Below, piece by piece: positions 6,622 through 15,682 of a DNA stretch of 41,304 nt. The position numbers and the translations under genes were made by a program. The stretch spans positions 1 through 41,304 of the IMG/VR virus record IMGVR_UViG_3300044518_000009. One strand, 5' to 3'. Positions within the stretch are counted from its first letter, which is position 1. Every line of letters begins with the position of its first letter. Source of the stretch: a virus. Taxonomy: Duplodnaviria > Caudoviricetes. A model generated the notes under the pieces. That model was given only the letters and a program-made list of their open reading frames with translations, did no database searches and was not told the DNA's origin.

Positions 6622-9066
6622 ATGCAATTTGCAGATGTGCTCGCCCGCTTCACCAGCGTCACGGAGGAGGCGGACGGCGGATACCTTGCGTTGTGCCCGG
6701 CACACCCGGATTCCCGTCCGTCCCTTCGCATTTGGCGCGGGGATGACCACAAGGTTCGGCTCACCTGCCGCGCCGGATGCGAGACGGATTCCGTACGCAT
6801 CGCCGCCCGGTTGAACTGGACTGACCTGTTCGACGCTGAAGGCCCGGGGCAGACCGTCCCGCGTGAGCGTCCCTCGCTGGTCGGCCCTGGCCCAACTGCC
6901 GCGCTGGCGCAGTACGTTGATGAGACGCAGGTGAGGCTTCACAGCTTCGCGGAGGAGGGTGCTGCGGCTGCACGGCATTACCTCTGGGAGCGCTTCGGGG
7001 TCGGTGGCGAAACTGCGTACGACTTGGGTATCGGGTACACCTGCGATGCCCAAATGCCGTATCTCTCAAGGGCGTTCACGGCGTACCGGCGAGTGACGGT
7101 TCCGTTCTACGACTTCAACGGCGTGGCCCGTGGCCTTCAGGGGCGCGACCTGACCGGCAAGTGCCCCGGTCGGTGGGTTGGTCTCATGAACCCTGACGGC
7201 CAGCGATGGGGGCAATACGGCGTCTTCCGGGGGCAAGGTGGCTATGGGGTCACACTGGTCACGGAAGGGCCCGGGGATGGGCTCACGGGCGTTGCCGTCG
7301 GCTACGACGTCGTCATGGTTCGTGGCGCCTCGCTGGTCAGCTCGCCGGAATTGCTGGCAGAACTGGCCGACGGTCTCAAGGGGTCGCACGTCATTGCGTG
7401 TGGCGACAACGACGAATCCGGGCTTCGCTTCAATCGCGTGCTCGCTGAAGGGCTGAAGTCGCACGGAATCACCGTTCACGCACTTCGGATCCCCGACTTC
7501 GGGCCGAAAACCGATCTTACGGACTGGCGCGAGCAGGATCCGGCCGCATTCCCCGCAGAGCTCCACAGCGCGGTGAAGGCTGCGCGGCCCATTCTTGATG
7601 CTTCCACCGAACGGGCCGAGGCTGTCGCTGCCGACGTGGCCGAGAAAACCGGCGTCGTCAGCGTAGACAGCGCACAGGGCCGGGATGCGCTGGAGAAGTT
7701 GCGGGAACTCACCGTTCAATATGGCGAAGCGAGCGACATGCTGAATGCCGCCGCGCTGGTCGCGTGGACCGATGGCCGTATTCGGTTCGCGCCGGGTCTG
7801 GGCTTCTATGTGTGGAATGGTCGGGTCTGGGAGCACAGCGAAGTTGGTGTGCGCCAGGAAATCCACCGGATGGGCGCCGCTCTCATGCTTTCCGGTAGTG
7901 AGGACGGCCGGAAAGCTTCGCGCGGCTTTACCATGCGAAAGCAGATCGACAACCTGCTGAAAGAGTTGCGGGCGGTTCCCACGGTCCAGGTGAGCGCTTC
8001 GGCGTTCGACGCACAGCCGGACTTGCTGAACTTTCGCAACGGCACGGTGGATCTCCGCACCGGGAAGATCCGACCCCACGACAAGCGCGACATGCTGACG
8101 TACTGCCTCGACATTGACTACCGGCCGGACGCCGAGTGCCCGCGCTGGGAAACGTTCCTCGAAGAGATTTTCCCGGGCATGCCCGACCTTCCCGCGTACA
8201 TGCGGCGGCTGATCGGGTACGGCATCACCGGCCACACGTCCGAGCAGTGTTTCGCTGTGCTGTGGGGCAAGGGCGCCAACGGAAAATCAGTGCTAACCGA
8301 CACCCTCACGTCCGTGTTCCGCAGCGTCACCAAGACAACCCCGTTTGCCACTTTTGAGGAAAAGCAAAGCGGCGGCATCCCCAACGACGTTGCCGCGCTA
8401 AGGGGTTCGCGGCTGGTGATGGCCAGCGAGGGGGAGAGCGGCAGGCCCATGGGTGAGGCTGTGCTCAAGCGGTTGACCGGCAAGGAAATGGTCACGGCGA
8501 GGTTTCTGCGGCAAGAGTTCTTCGAGTTCAAGCCCCGGTTCCTCATCATGTTGGCGACCAACCACAAGCCGAGGTTTCGCGGGCAGGACGATGGTCTCTG
8601 GCGCCGAGTGAAGATGGTTCCTTTCACGCGCTTTTTCGACGTCCATGAGCGTGACTATGGCCTTGACGTCAAGCTGATGGCCGAGGCTGAGGGGATTGCA
8701 GCGTGGGCGGTGCGCGGAGCCGTGGAGTGGTACCGGGAAGGGCTCAACGACCCCGGCGTGATCACGCAGGCAAGCAAGGAATACCGCGAGACCAGCGATG
8801 CACTTGCCGGATTCTTCCCCGGTGTGCTGGAGCCGTCGTCGGACGAATGCCGTCTGCTGGGGAACGCCGCTTTCAATCTGTATCTCGAATGGTGTGAGGC
8901 CGAAAACCTGCCGATGAAGGAACGTTGGCGACGCCAGACGTTCTACACGGCCCTTGAAGAACGTGGCATCACCAGGAAGAAGACGAAGGATGGCATCACG
9001 CTGTTTGGCGTGCGCGAGGTGAGCCAAAGTCCGAACGCCACCGGTCCCGGCATCTTCGCGAAGTAA
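6622..9066 (+). CDS. DNA primase-helicase (Zn finger, Toprim, P4/D5-like SF3 helicase)
   Basis: CPAH..C..GC; VTEG..D and GDND Toprim motifs; Walker A GKGANGKS; LMLATNHKP-type and WRR motifs. Confidence 0.93.
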   Translation: MQFADVLARFTSVTEEADGGYLALCPAHPDSRPSLRIWRGDDHKVRLTCRAGCETDSVRIAARLNWTDLFDAEGPGQTVPRERPSLVGPGPTAALAQYVDETQVRLHSFAEEGAAAARHYLWERFGVGGETAYDLGIGYTCDAQMPYLSRAFTAYRRVTVPFYDFNGVARGLQGRDLTGKCPGRWVGLMNPDGQRWGQYGVFRGQGGYGVTLVTEGPGDGLTGVAVGYDVVMVRGASLVSSPELLAELADGLKGSHVIACGDNDESGLRFNRVLAEGLKSHGITVHALRIPDFGPKTDLTDWREQDPAAFPAELHSAVKAARPILDASTERAEAVAADVAEKTGVVSVDSAQGRDALEKLRELTVQYGEASDMLNAAALVAWTDGRIRFAPGLGFYVWNGRVWEHSEVGVRQEIHRMGAALMLSGSEDGRKASRGFTMRKQIDNLLKELRAVPTVQVSASAFDAQPDLLNFRNGTVDLRTGKIRPHDKRDMLTYCLDIDYRPDAECPRWETFLEEIFPGMPDLPAYMRRLIGYGITGHTSEQCFAVLWGKGANGKSVLTDTLTSVFRSVTKTTPFATFEEKQSGGIPNDVAALRGSRLVMASEGESGRPMGEAVLKRLTGKEMVTARFLRQEFFEFKPRFLIMLATNHKPRFRGQDDGLWRRVKMVPFTRFFDVHERDYGLDVKLMAEAEGIAAWAVRGAVEWYREGLNDPGVITQASKEYRETSDALAGFFPGVLEPSSDECRLLGNAAFNLYLEWCEAENLPMKERWRRQTFYTALEERGITRKKTKDGITLFGVREVSQSPNATGPGIFAK

Positions 9067-9078
9067 CCCGGCTGTTCA

Positions 9079-9110
9079 GGCCCGTACCCAGATGTGGGTA
9101 CGGGTCCCTT
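9079..9110 (+). terminator. Hairpin between primase and polymerase genes
   Basis: GGCCCGTACCCA-GATG-TGGGTACGGGTCC with a weak U tract. Confidence 0.5.
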
Positions 9111-9125
9111 CGTATGGGAGAGAAC

Positions 9126-11006
9126 ATGCGCACCTATCCGCACCTTGTTGCCGGTGAGACCGTTCGGGTCTACGTGCCGGAAGACGCCATGGATCTGGAC
9201 ATTTTCCTTGACTGGGTCCGTGCTGCTGCCAAGTTGGGCCCGATATCGCTGGACACCGAGACGACCGGGCTCGACATCTACAGCCCCGGATACCGGCTTC
9301 GCATGGTCCAGTTCGGTACCCGCGACACCGCCTACGTCATTCACTGGGAACGTGGCGGCCGCTTCGTGCAGGCAGCACTGACTGCGCTTCACAACGTGCA
9401 CCGGTTCCAGATCCACAATGCGCCGTTTGACTGGCTGGTTTTGGACAAGCACGCGGGGATTCCGCTGGAGTCGTTGGCGCCGCGAACCACCGATACACAG
9501 GTGCTTGCCAAGCTGATTGACCCGCGTCAGCCCCAAGAGGGCGGCATTGGGAGCGCTCTCAAGCCGCTTTCGGCGCACTACATCGACCCGGCAGCACCGG
9601 ACACCCAGGGGGACCTCACGGCGGTCTTCCATACCCTCGGCCTCACGAAGGAAACCGGGTGGGCAGGGACTCCGCTGGAACACCCAATTTTCAACCTGTA
9701 CGCGGGACTTGACGTCATTCTGACCGCGCGTCTCGCGCCCCGCCTGATTGCCTCCCTGGACCACCTCGGCGTACGCCCGGAGCTCCGCCAGTACGAGCAC
9801 GAGATAGCCCGGATCTGCGCGCACATGCAACGGCGTGGCATGGTACTGGACGCAGGCTACACGCAGGGGCTGGACGCCACCCTTGCCGCCGAGTCGGAAG
9901 AGTTCGCGCGCGTAGCAGCCCGATACGGGGTCGAGAACGTCAACTCCACCAAGATGATCGCCGAAGCTCTCGCAGGCATGGGGGAGACCTTGACGGAGCG
10001 GACGGCCAGCGGCGCTGTCAAGGTCGACAAGGCGGTTTTGCTCTTGCTGGCGGACATGGACTTGCAATGGAAGCGCCTTGGGGCTCGAAAGCCAAATCCC
10101 TTGGCCGAAGCGGTGCTTCGCAGCAAGCGCGCGGGCAAGTGGCGCACCACCTACGTACGGACGTTCCTCAATAGCGCCGACGCTGCGGGACGGGTGCACC
10201 CGAACATACAGAGCCTGGCTGCCAGGACAGGACGTATGTCCGTGACCGGCCCGGCACTCCAGACCCTTCCTTCCGGGGATTGGATGATCCGTCGGTGTCT
10301 GCTGGCCGAGGAAGGCCACGTCATGATTTCGACGGACTTTCAGGCGATCGAGATGCGCGTACTGGCGGCGCTGGCGGATGTCCGCAAGATGAAGCACGGA
10401 TTCCAGAATGCCGACAGCTACCCGAAGGAGGAGTACCCGGACGGGTTCGACATCCATATGTACACGGCGCGGCTGATCAAGGGCCCGAATGCCACCAAGG
10501 GGCAGCGCAAGACTTTCAAGGGTGCCGGATTCGGACAGATCTACGGCGGGGGTGCCGCAACAATTGCCAGACAAACCGGCGCACCCATTGAGGAAATCCA
10601 GCAAGCAATTAGCGCGTATGACCGGGAGTTCCCGGAAATCAAGCGCGCGTCTAGGTGCTGGCAGCGTGAGGCGTACCAGGGCGGCATGGTGTTTGTGTCG
10701 GCGACCGGGCGGAGGCTTCCGCTGGACCGTGACCGAGCCTACGCGGTCGTCAACTACGCCTGTCAGTCCGTGGCCCGTGACTGCCTCGGACAAGCGCTCC
10801 TGCACATCGAGGAAGCCGGGCTGCTGGATGCGCTTCGCTTGCCGATCCATGACGAAGTGCTCGCGTCGGTTCCGAAGAGTGACGCGGCGGATGTGGCGCG
10901 TGAGATCGAACGGTGCATGACCTTTGACCTGTTTGACGTGCCCATTGTTGCTGAGGCGGAGATCGGCGGCCGGTCGTGGGGAAGCCTCTACGGGGCCGAC
11001 TTCTGA
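9126..11006 (+). CDS. DNA polymerase family A (3'-5' exonuclease plus polymerase)
   Basis: DTETTGL (ExoI), HNAPFD, YAGLD, TGRMS, DFQAIEMR (motif A), R..FK...FGQIYG (motif B), IHDE (motif C); ATG 9126 after GGGAGAG (alternative start 9114). Confidence 0.95.
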   Translation: MRTYPHLVAGETVRVYVPEDAMDLDIFLDWVRAAAKLGPISLDTETTGLDIYSPGYRLRMVQFGTRDTAYVIHWERGGRFVQAALTALHNVHRFQIHNAPFDWLVLDKHAGIPLESLAPRTTDTQVLAKLIDPRQPQEGGIGSALKPLSAHYIDPAAPDTQGDLTAVFHTLGLTKETGWAGTPLEHPIFNLYAGLDVILTARLAPRLIASLDHLGVRPELRQYEHEIARICAHMQRRGMVLDAGYTQGLDATLAAESEEFARVAARYGVENVNSTKMIAEALAGMGETLTERTASGAVKVDKAVLLLLADMDLQWKRLGARKPNPLAEAVLRSKRAGKWRTTYVRTFLNSADAAGRVHPNIQSLAARTGRMSVTGPALQTLPSGDWMIRRCLLAEEGHVMISTDFQAIEMRVLAALADVRKMKHGFQNADSYPKEEYPDGFDIHMYTARLIKGPNATKGQRKTFKGAGFGQIYGGGAATIARQTGAPIEEIQQAISAYDREFPEIKRASRCWQREAYQGGMVFVSATGRRLPLDRDRAYAVVNYACQSVARDCLGQALLHIEEAGLLDALRLPIHDEVLASVPKSDAADVAREIERCMTFDLFDVPIVAEAEIGGRSWGSLYGADF

Positions 11007-11060
11007 GACCTGCGTCACATCTCACGGTAGCCGTCTGTAGTGGCATGACAGCAGAGAGGG

Positions 11061-11082
11061 CTTCACCCAAATTTGGGTGAAG
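11061..11082. repeat. 22-bp palindrome copy 3
   Basis: Exact match, intergenic, after the polymerase. Confidence 0.97.
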
Positions 11083-11240
11083 CTGTTCTATGAGAATTTC
11101 GCGCCTGTCTCCGGGCAGGACGAAGCAAGGGCTACGCGCGTAGGAAGTTTCGCAACAGTGGCGTAACGCTACGCGCGTACCACACATCGAAGGCTTACCC
11201 CTGAGGATGACCTTCGAATCCTTAGGTAACGACTCATCTT

Positions 11241-11255
11241 CTGACGGTTTGTCAG
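11241..11255. promoter_or_regulatory. CTGAC-N5-GTCAG operator-like site
   Basis: CTGACGGTTTGTCAG, perfect arms, intergenic. Confidence 0.45.
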
Positions 11256-11414
11256 GTGGCTTAAGCCGTTGATCACCTCTGATCACCGGCGTACGTTGTG
11301 GGCCAAGCAACGACATCCGGCCATGCACAGCCCTGTCGGAGCGCCCCGAATCGGGGTCCGGTAGGGCTGTGCGCGCTGTGGCTGCGGCATGCCCGCATCC
11401 GCCCCGTTTTCGGG

Positions 11415-11443
11415 AAATTCCTTGCTCTCTCACGAGAGCAGAG
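11415..11443 (+). promoter_or_regulatory. Phage-specific promoter-like motif copy 5
   Basis: AAATTCCTTGCTCTC-N10-AGAG upstream of the sigma-like gene. Confidence 0.6.
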
Positions 11444-11468
11444 ACCCGAAACGAGCGGAGTCGATGCC

Positions 11469-12317
11469 GTGATCAAGCTGTCCGAGCACCAGATAGCAGC
11501 AGCCAAAGCCAACGACCTCTCGGCGGTGTCCGCCGTGGTGGCCGCTACCGATGGGCGTGTTGTGCAGCTCGCCCGGAAGTACGCCACCACGGGGACCAGG
11601 ACCGACCTCGACCTTGCCGACGACCTTGCCCAGATAGGCCGCGAAGCCGTCTGGCAGGCCATAGGCCGATTCGAGGGAACCGACGTAGCCCAGTTCTTCG
11701 CGTTCATCAACCGCACTCTTGAAGGCGTCCTTAGCGACGAACGGCGCCGGGGTACACGTCAAGGCGTCAACCAGCAGGCAGCAAAGGACTTCGAACGCGC
11801 CGTCACGCTGGCCGGGGGCGACCCGCATGAGGCCGAGAGGCTTGCCAGCAGCACTGCGGCGATGGGGCTGCGGAAGATGTCCCCCGAGATGGCCTATGCC
11901 GCGCGGCTTGCCTGGCAGGGGACTGACTCGCTGGATGCCCCTCTGCCGGGCTCTGAGGGGTCTCAGACGCTCGCCGACACGATCGGGGTACCCGAGGACC
12001 TGTTGGAGCCTGCCGACTACAACACGGCCCGCCGTAAGGCCACGAGGGATCGCGTACACGCCACGCTGGCCCGGCTGAGCGAACGACAGGCGGACGTGAT
12101 TCGGGCCACGTGGGGCATACCGCCCGAGCTCTACTTCGGCCCCGGCGAGAATGACGAACTGCTCGCCGATGAGATGGGCATCACGGTGTACCAGGTCCAG
12201 CAGGCACGGACCTACGGATACGCCAGGTTCAAGGAAATTTGGGAGGCGGAAGACCGGCGCACCGCAGTCCGTGCTTTCGAGGACTGGGCGAGCTTCTTCA
12301 CGGGGGTGGCGGCGTGA
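11469..12317 (+). CDS. Sigma-70-like transcriptional regulator (phiC31 gp12-like)
   Basis: Region 2-like DDLAQIGREAVWQAIGRF; SLDAPL; region 4-like L.RLSERQADVIRATWG..LADEMGIT...VQQ; GTG 11469 after CGGAG. Confidence 0.8.
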   Translation: MIKLSEHQIAAAKANDLSAVSAVVAATDGRVVQLARKYATTGTRTDLDLADDLAQIGREAVWQAIGRFEGTDVAQFFAFINRTLEGVLSDERRRGTRQGVNQQAAKDFERAVTLAGGDPHEAERLASSTAAMGLRKMSPEMAYAARLAWQGTDSLDAPLPGSEGSQTLADTIGVPEDLLEPADYNTARRKATRDRVHATLARLSERQADVIRATWGIPPELYFGPGENDELLADEMGITVYQVQQARTYGYARFKEIWEAEDRRTAVRAFEDWASFFTGVAA

Positions 12318-12832
12318 AGGTCTGCACGAAGTGTGGTGAGGAAAAATCGCCGGACGGATTCGCGAGAGACAAGCGGCGCAAAGATGGTCTTCAAGTTCAC
12401 TGCAAAGCCTGCTACCGCGAATGGTATGTGGCCAACGCCGAGCGTAAGCAGGCAGCGGTGGCGGACAACTATCGCGCAAACCGGGCGAAGTACCTGACCT
12501 ACAACAACGCGTACTACCAGGAAAACGCGGAGCGGCTAAGGGAATACCGGCGAGAGTACTGCAAGGCCAACCATGATGCAGTAAGTGCCGCTCATGCGCG
12601 CCGCAGGGCTCAACTTGCCAACGCGCACCATGAGCCCTACACCCGATCTGAAATCTTGGCCCGCTGGGGCGGAAAGTGCTGCTACTGCAACGCGTTGGCG
12701 GAGCACCTTGACCACGTGACGCCGATATCCCGCAACGGTGCGGACGCAGAGTGGAACCTCGTTCCCGCGTGCGCGCCATGTAATCACAGCAAGTACAACA
12801 AGTCACTTGCTGAATGGGCAGCAACGTTCTAG
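12314..12832 (+). CDS. HNH endonuclease
   Basis: N-terminal CTKC..CKAC; CCYC..HLDHVTPISRNG..NLVPACAPCNHSK; GTGA overlap. Confidence 0.9.
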   Translation: MKVCTKCGEEKSPDGFARDKRRKDGLQVHCKACYREWYVANAERKQAAVADNYRANRAKYLTYNNAYYQENAERLREYRREYCKANHDAVSAAHARRRAQLANAHHEPYTRSEILARWGGKCCYCNALAEHLDHVTPISRNGADAEWNLVPACAPCNHSKYNKSLAEWAATF

Positions 12833-12840
12833 AGGGAGAG

Positions 12841-13007
12841 ATGAAGCTCAACACCGCAGACGGCGAACCATCGAAGTCACACGCATGGGCGAGCTGTGTG
12901 ACGTGCACGTGCGCAACGCCGCTGGAGAGTCCACCGCCACCGTGTGCATGACGCGGGCCGAGGTGGCAGCGCTCCTGTCAGTCCCGGCCGGTAGGGTGGC
13001 GGGGTGA
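12841..13007 (+). pseudogene. Small hypothetical gene with an apparent 1-bp deletion near 12864
   Basis: Strong RBS then ATG MKLNTADG; protein-like reading continues in the -1 frame (RTIEVTRMGELCDVHVRNAAGESTATVCM...). Restoring GGCCGA joins them. Confidence 0.55.
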
Positions 13008-13043
13008 CCGAACCGTGACGCAGGTACATCGCAAGGATGAGAC

Positions 13044-13065
13044 CTTCACCCAAATTTGGGTGAAG
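13044..13065. repeat. 22-bp palindrome copy 4
   Basis: Exact match, abutting a putative -35 element. Confidence 0.97.
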
Positions 13066-13066
13066 G

Positions 13067-13096
13067 TAGACCGGGCCGTGATCCGACTGCTAGGGT
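13067..13096 (+). promoter_or_regulatory. Putative host (HrdB-type) promoter
   Basis: TAGACC-N18-TAGGGT upstream of the 13129 ATG. Confidence 0.4.
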
Positions 13097-13128
13097 CCAG
13101 CCAGCAGTCAGCAAGGAGGGGAGAGAGC

Positions 13129-13323
13129 ATGCTCGAAGTGTGGGACGCGCTCAAGGGCGTGGAGTTCCGCGACAACCCGCGACGCATGGTGGTCACTGTG
13201 GAGACGATCACCGGGCTAACCAAGGAGGTTGTGGTACCCGAGGGCATCGTGAGCTGGCTCGACAAGTGGATCGACGCCGGTAAGGCCCAGTGGGCCAAGG
13301 AAGACGCTCCGCCGAGCGAGTAG
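13129..13323 (+). CDS. Hypothetical protein in a stand-alone transcription unit
   Basis: ATG after AAGGAGGGGAGAGAG; own putative promoter and terminator. Confidence 0.75.
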   Translation: MLEVWDALKGVEFRDNPRRMVVTVETITGLTKEVVVPEGIVSWLDKWIDAGKAQWAKEDAPPSE

Positions 13324-13330
13324 GCGAAAT

Positions 13331-13365
13331 GGGTCCGTACCCCAAGTGGGTGCGGGCTCTTTTTT
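13331..13365 (+). terminator. Intrinsic terminator
   Basis: GGGTCCGTACCC-CAAGT-GGGTGCGGGCTC followed by TTTTTT. Confidence 0.8.
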
Positions 13366-13486
13366 ATTGCCTAAAACATTAGTTAGCGGAACTAAAGACA
13401 GTTTGCCATTTGCGTAGATTACGTCCCGTAGTATGCGAATGTCCATATAGATACCGTTAAGACCGCTAATACTTCGAAGGGTGATA

Positions 13487-13903
13487 ATGCACTGTTACGA
13501 GCGTCCGACGACCGAGCTCACGTTGGACGTGCCCGTCAGCAGGCTGGAATCCGGCTGCTGGGAATGGGCGCCCTGTCAGATGGTCGACCCAGTACAGGAG
13601 TACGTGTACACGCCCGAAGAACTCTGCCGGGTCATGTCGCACTATGGAGAGCTGGTCGCCGCGAAACTTCGCGACTACCCCCGGTTCCGCCTGAGAGCTC
13701 GGGGACTCTTCACCGGTCGCCCGCTGGCAGCGCAGGAGTGGGCATGGAACGACCGCTACCGGGCCTACGAGCCGGACGGCGCGCTGTGGATGGACATTCC
13801 GCCGCAGAGCGAGTGGCCGGAGGAGTTGCTGCGGGCGCACTCCGTCATGAGTGGCAAGACCGGCGGCAAGCCGTGCGCCACGTGTGAGTACCGGAAGCCC
13901 TAG
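13487..13903 (+). CDS. Hypothetical protein
   Basis: About 138 aa, Trp-rich, C-terminal CATC; follows an AT-rich intergenic region. Confidence 0.6.
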   Translation: MHCYERPTTELTLDVPVSRLESGCWEWAPCQMVDPVQEYVYTPEELCRVMSHYGELVAAKLRDYPRFRLRARGLFTGRPLAAQEWAWNDRYRAYEPDGALWMDIPPQSEWPEELLRAHSVMSGKTGGKPCATCEYRKP

Positions 13904-14125
13904 GCGGCCGTCTGCGGGCCGATCCCCGACGCCTTGGGCAGTCCGACCGGGGGCGCGTGTGCGGTGCTCTGAGGCCCCAATTCGCGCCCCCCATACGGGT
14001 GGTGACCAACAGTCAGTCTCGCCGAACCATTGGACGCGCGGGCAAATGCGGGTCTACTCTGAGTGCACCCAATCACAGCCGCGAGTGATCATGGTCGCTC
14101 GCCGACGTGTATAGGACAACTCAAC

Positions 14126-14464
14126 ATGACCCAAGCGGACCGTACGCAGAATCCATCTGCGCCTCGGAGAATGTCGCTTAACTCGACCATCACGGGCGAG
14201 CAAGCTGACATTCTCCTCACCAGCTTGCCGCCCGTTTCGCATGCAAAAAAGACCGTGAGCCCGGCGGTAATGGCAGCGACCAAGGCCGAGTACGACCCCA
14301 CGTGGTACGACCGGCAAAAGGGCAACGGCCGTGGCACACCCAAGGATTGGCACTTTTGCGAGTGCGGCAGCGAGAAGTGCCCCGACAAGGGCAAGATGGA
14401 CGGCACGGCGCTGGCCCCCTGGCTCAACCGGCCGAGCCGTTCGGCGGTGAACGATGCCGCGTAA
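14126..14464 (+). CDS. Hypothetical protein
   Basis: ATG 14126; contains CECGSEKC; start uncertain. Confidence 0.5.
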   Translation: MTQADRTQNPSAPRRMSLNSTITGEQADILLTSLPPVSHAKKTVSPAVMAATKAEYDPTWYDRQKGNGRGTPKDWHFCECGSEKCPDKGKMDGTALAPWLNRPSRSAVNDAA

Positions 14465-14601
14465 GCCCAAGGCGCCTCCGTGTATTCGGTGTGCCGAGCT
14501 CGACGCCCGCGAGCGCAGGGCGAAAGCAAAGTTCGACCGTTCGGCTGAGACCGATGTCCGGGTCCTGCGGGGCTACCACGCGCCCGAATGCGAGGTGCAG
14601 C

Positions 14602-14754
14602 GTGAAGCGTCGTAGGTGCGCCATGTGCGCAGATCTCATCGCTCGGGAATGCGTAGCCCGGGCGGACACCGACTTGTCGGCGCTGGTGGTCGTGCGAATG
14701 CTGCGGCGCCGTCACCTGCTCAAGAGGCACTGCGGGGTGAAACGTGCGCGGTGA
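14602..14754 (+). CDS. Small CxxC-containing hypothetical protein
   Basis: GTG after GAGGTG; MKRRRCAMCADLIARECVARADTDLSALVVVRMLRRRHLLKRHCGVKRAR. Confidence 0.4.
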   Translation: MKRRRCAMCADLIARECVARADTDLSALVVVRMLRRRHLLKRHCGVKRAR

Positions 14755-14902
14755 CTGCGAGGATGACCAGCTCGACCACAGCGGGCAGCAAATCGAGGAG
14801 CAGCCGCCTGCGCCGGAGCCGGTAGAGGAATCCGAGACCATGCGTCAACTGCGCGCGCAAACACGGGAAATCAACGCCCGCGCTCGGCGCGAGTTCTGCT
14901 AG
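14744..14902 (+). CDS. Small acidic hypothetical protein (52 aa)
   Basis: GTG after GGGGTG; overlaps the previous ORF end. Confidence 0.4.
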   Translation: MRGDCEDDQLDHSGQQIEEQPPAPEPVEESETMRQLRAQTREINARARREFC

Positions 14903-14913
14903 GAGGGGACGAA

Positions 14914-15069
14914 ATGCCCGTGAACCACAACCGCCCGCAAAGCGGCATGTTCGACAGTCACGGCGACGGCCACCCGCCCCGCGAGGCGTACCTGACCCCC
15001 GAGGCGCCGGAACCGGCCGCCGAACAGGCCGACGACGTGGCGCCAGCGGAGGAAAAGCCGAATGCCTAA
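14914..15069 (+). CDS. Small hypothetical protein (51 aa)
   Basis: ATG after AGGAGGGG; stop overlaps the next start. Confidence 0.55.
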   Translation: MPVNHNRPQSGMFDSHGDGHPPREAYLTPEAPEPAAEQADDVAPAEEKPNA

Positions 15070-15250
15070 GAAAGCCGTGCAGCTGGACCGCTGGGACGTG
15101 ACGTTTCGGTACAACAGGGGGGCGTCGATGCAAGCACTCGCCCGCGAGCTGGGGGTATCCCAGGGATACCTCCGCCGACACCTGTTGGGCTGGGGGGTAC
15201 ACGTCCGCAACAAGTCCGAGGCGGGCGCAATGCGCCGCCGTAGGCCGTAG
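15062..15250 (+). CDS. Small helix-turn-helix DNA-binding protein
   Basis: YNRGASMQALARELGVSQGYLRRHLLGWGV HTH pattern; GGAGG RBS. Confidence 0.75.
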   Translation: MPKKAVQLDRWDVTFRYNRGASMQALARELGVSQGYLRRHLLGWGVHVRNKSEAGAMRRRRP

Positions 15251-15328
15251 GGCCCGCTAGACCGCCCCGTCCATGCGTCTTCCCCCCGTGGCGCATGGCC
15301 GGGGCGGTCTGGGTCCTAGGCTTGCCCC

Positions 15329-15682
15329 ATGGACCTGAAGTGCTGCACCACGTGCCAAGAGACCAAGCCGACAAGTGAGTTCTCTACTGCCGCCGGTAAG
15401 CCGAGGAGCCCATGCCTCGACTGCAAAAATGCCCGCAACAAGGCGCGTTTGCAGCGGATGCAAGCCGAGGACCCGGAAGTGTTCCGCGCGGAGCGATCCA
15501 GGCAACACGCAGCGCGAGAGACGAAACGGCAGGAGAAACGGAGGGCAATCCGGGTCGCCGCGCTCCTCGAATTCGCTAAGGCGTACGACGAATGCCGCGC
15601 GCAAGGGATGAGCCAGGACGCGGCTGTTCGGGTCGCCGCAGACCAAGTGCCAGACCAATGGGACTACCGGGCGGCACACTGA
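15329..15682 (+). CDS. Zn-finger protein (HNH-type N-terminal domain without nuclease motif)
   Basis: CTTC..KP.SEF..CLDC followed by a charged helix; no HNH motif. Confidence 0.6.
   Translation: MDLKCCTTCQETKPTSEFSTAAGKPRSPCLDCKNARNKARLQRMQAEDPEVFRAERSRQHAARETKRQEKRRAIRVAALLEFAKAYDECRAQGMSQDAAVRVAADQVPDQWDYRAAH

Noticed and set aside
8943-11018. Long minus-strand ORFs (691 aa here; also 7066..8235, 11430..12908, 24380..25438, 37777..38901, 39302..40834)
   Set aside because: Antisense shadows of well-supported + strand genes in GC-rich DNA; no recognisable motifs.
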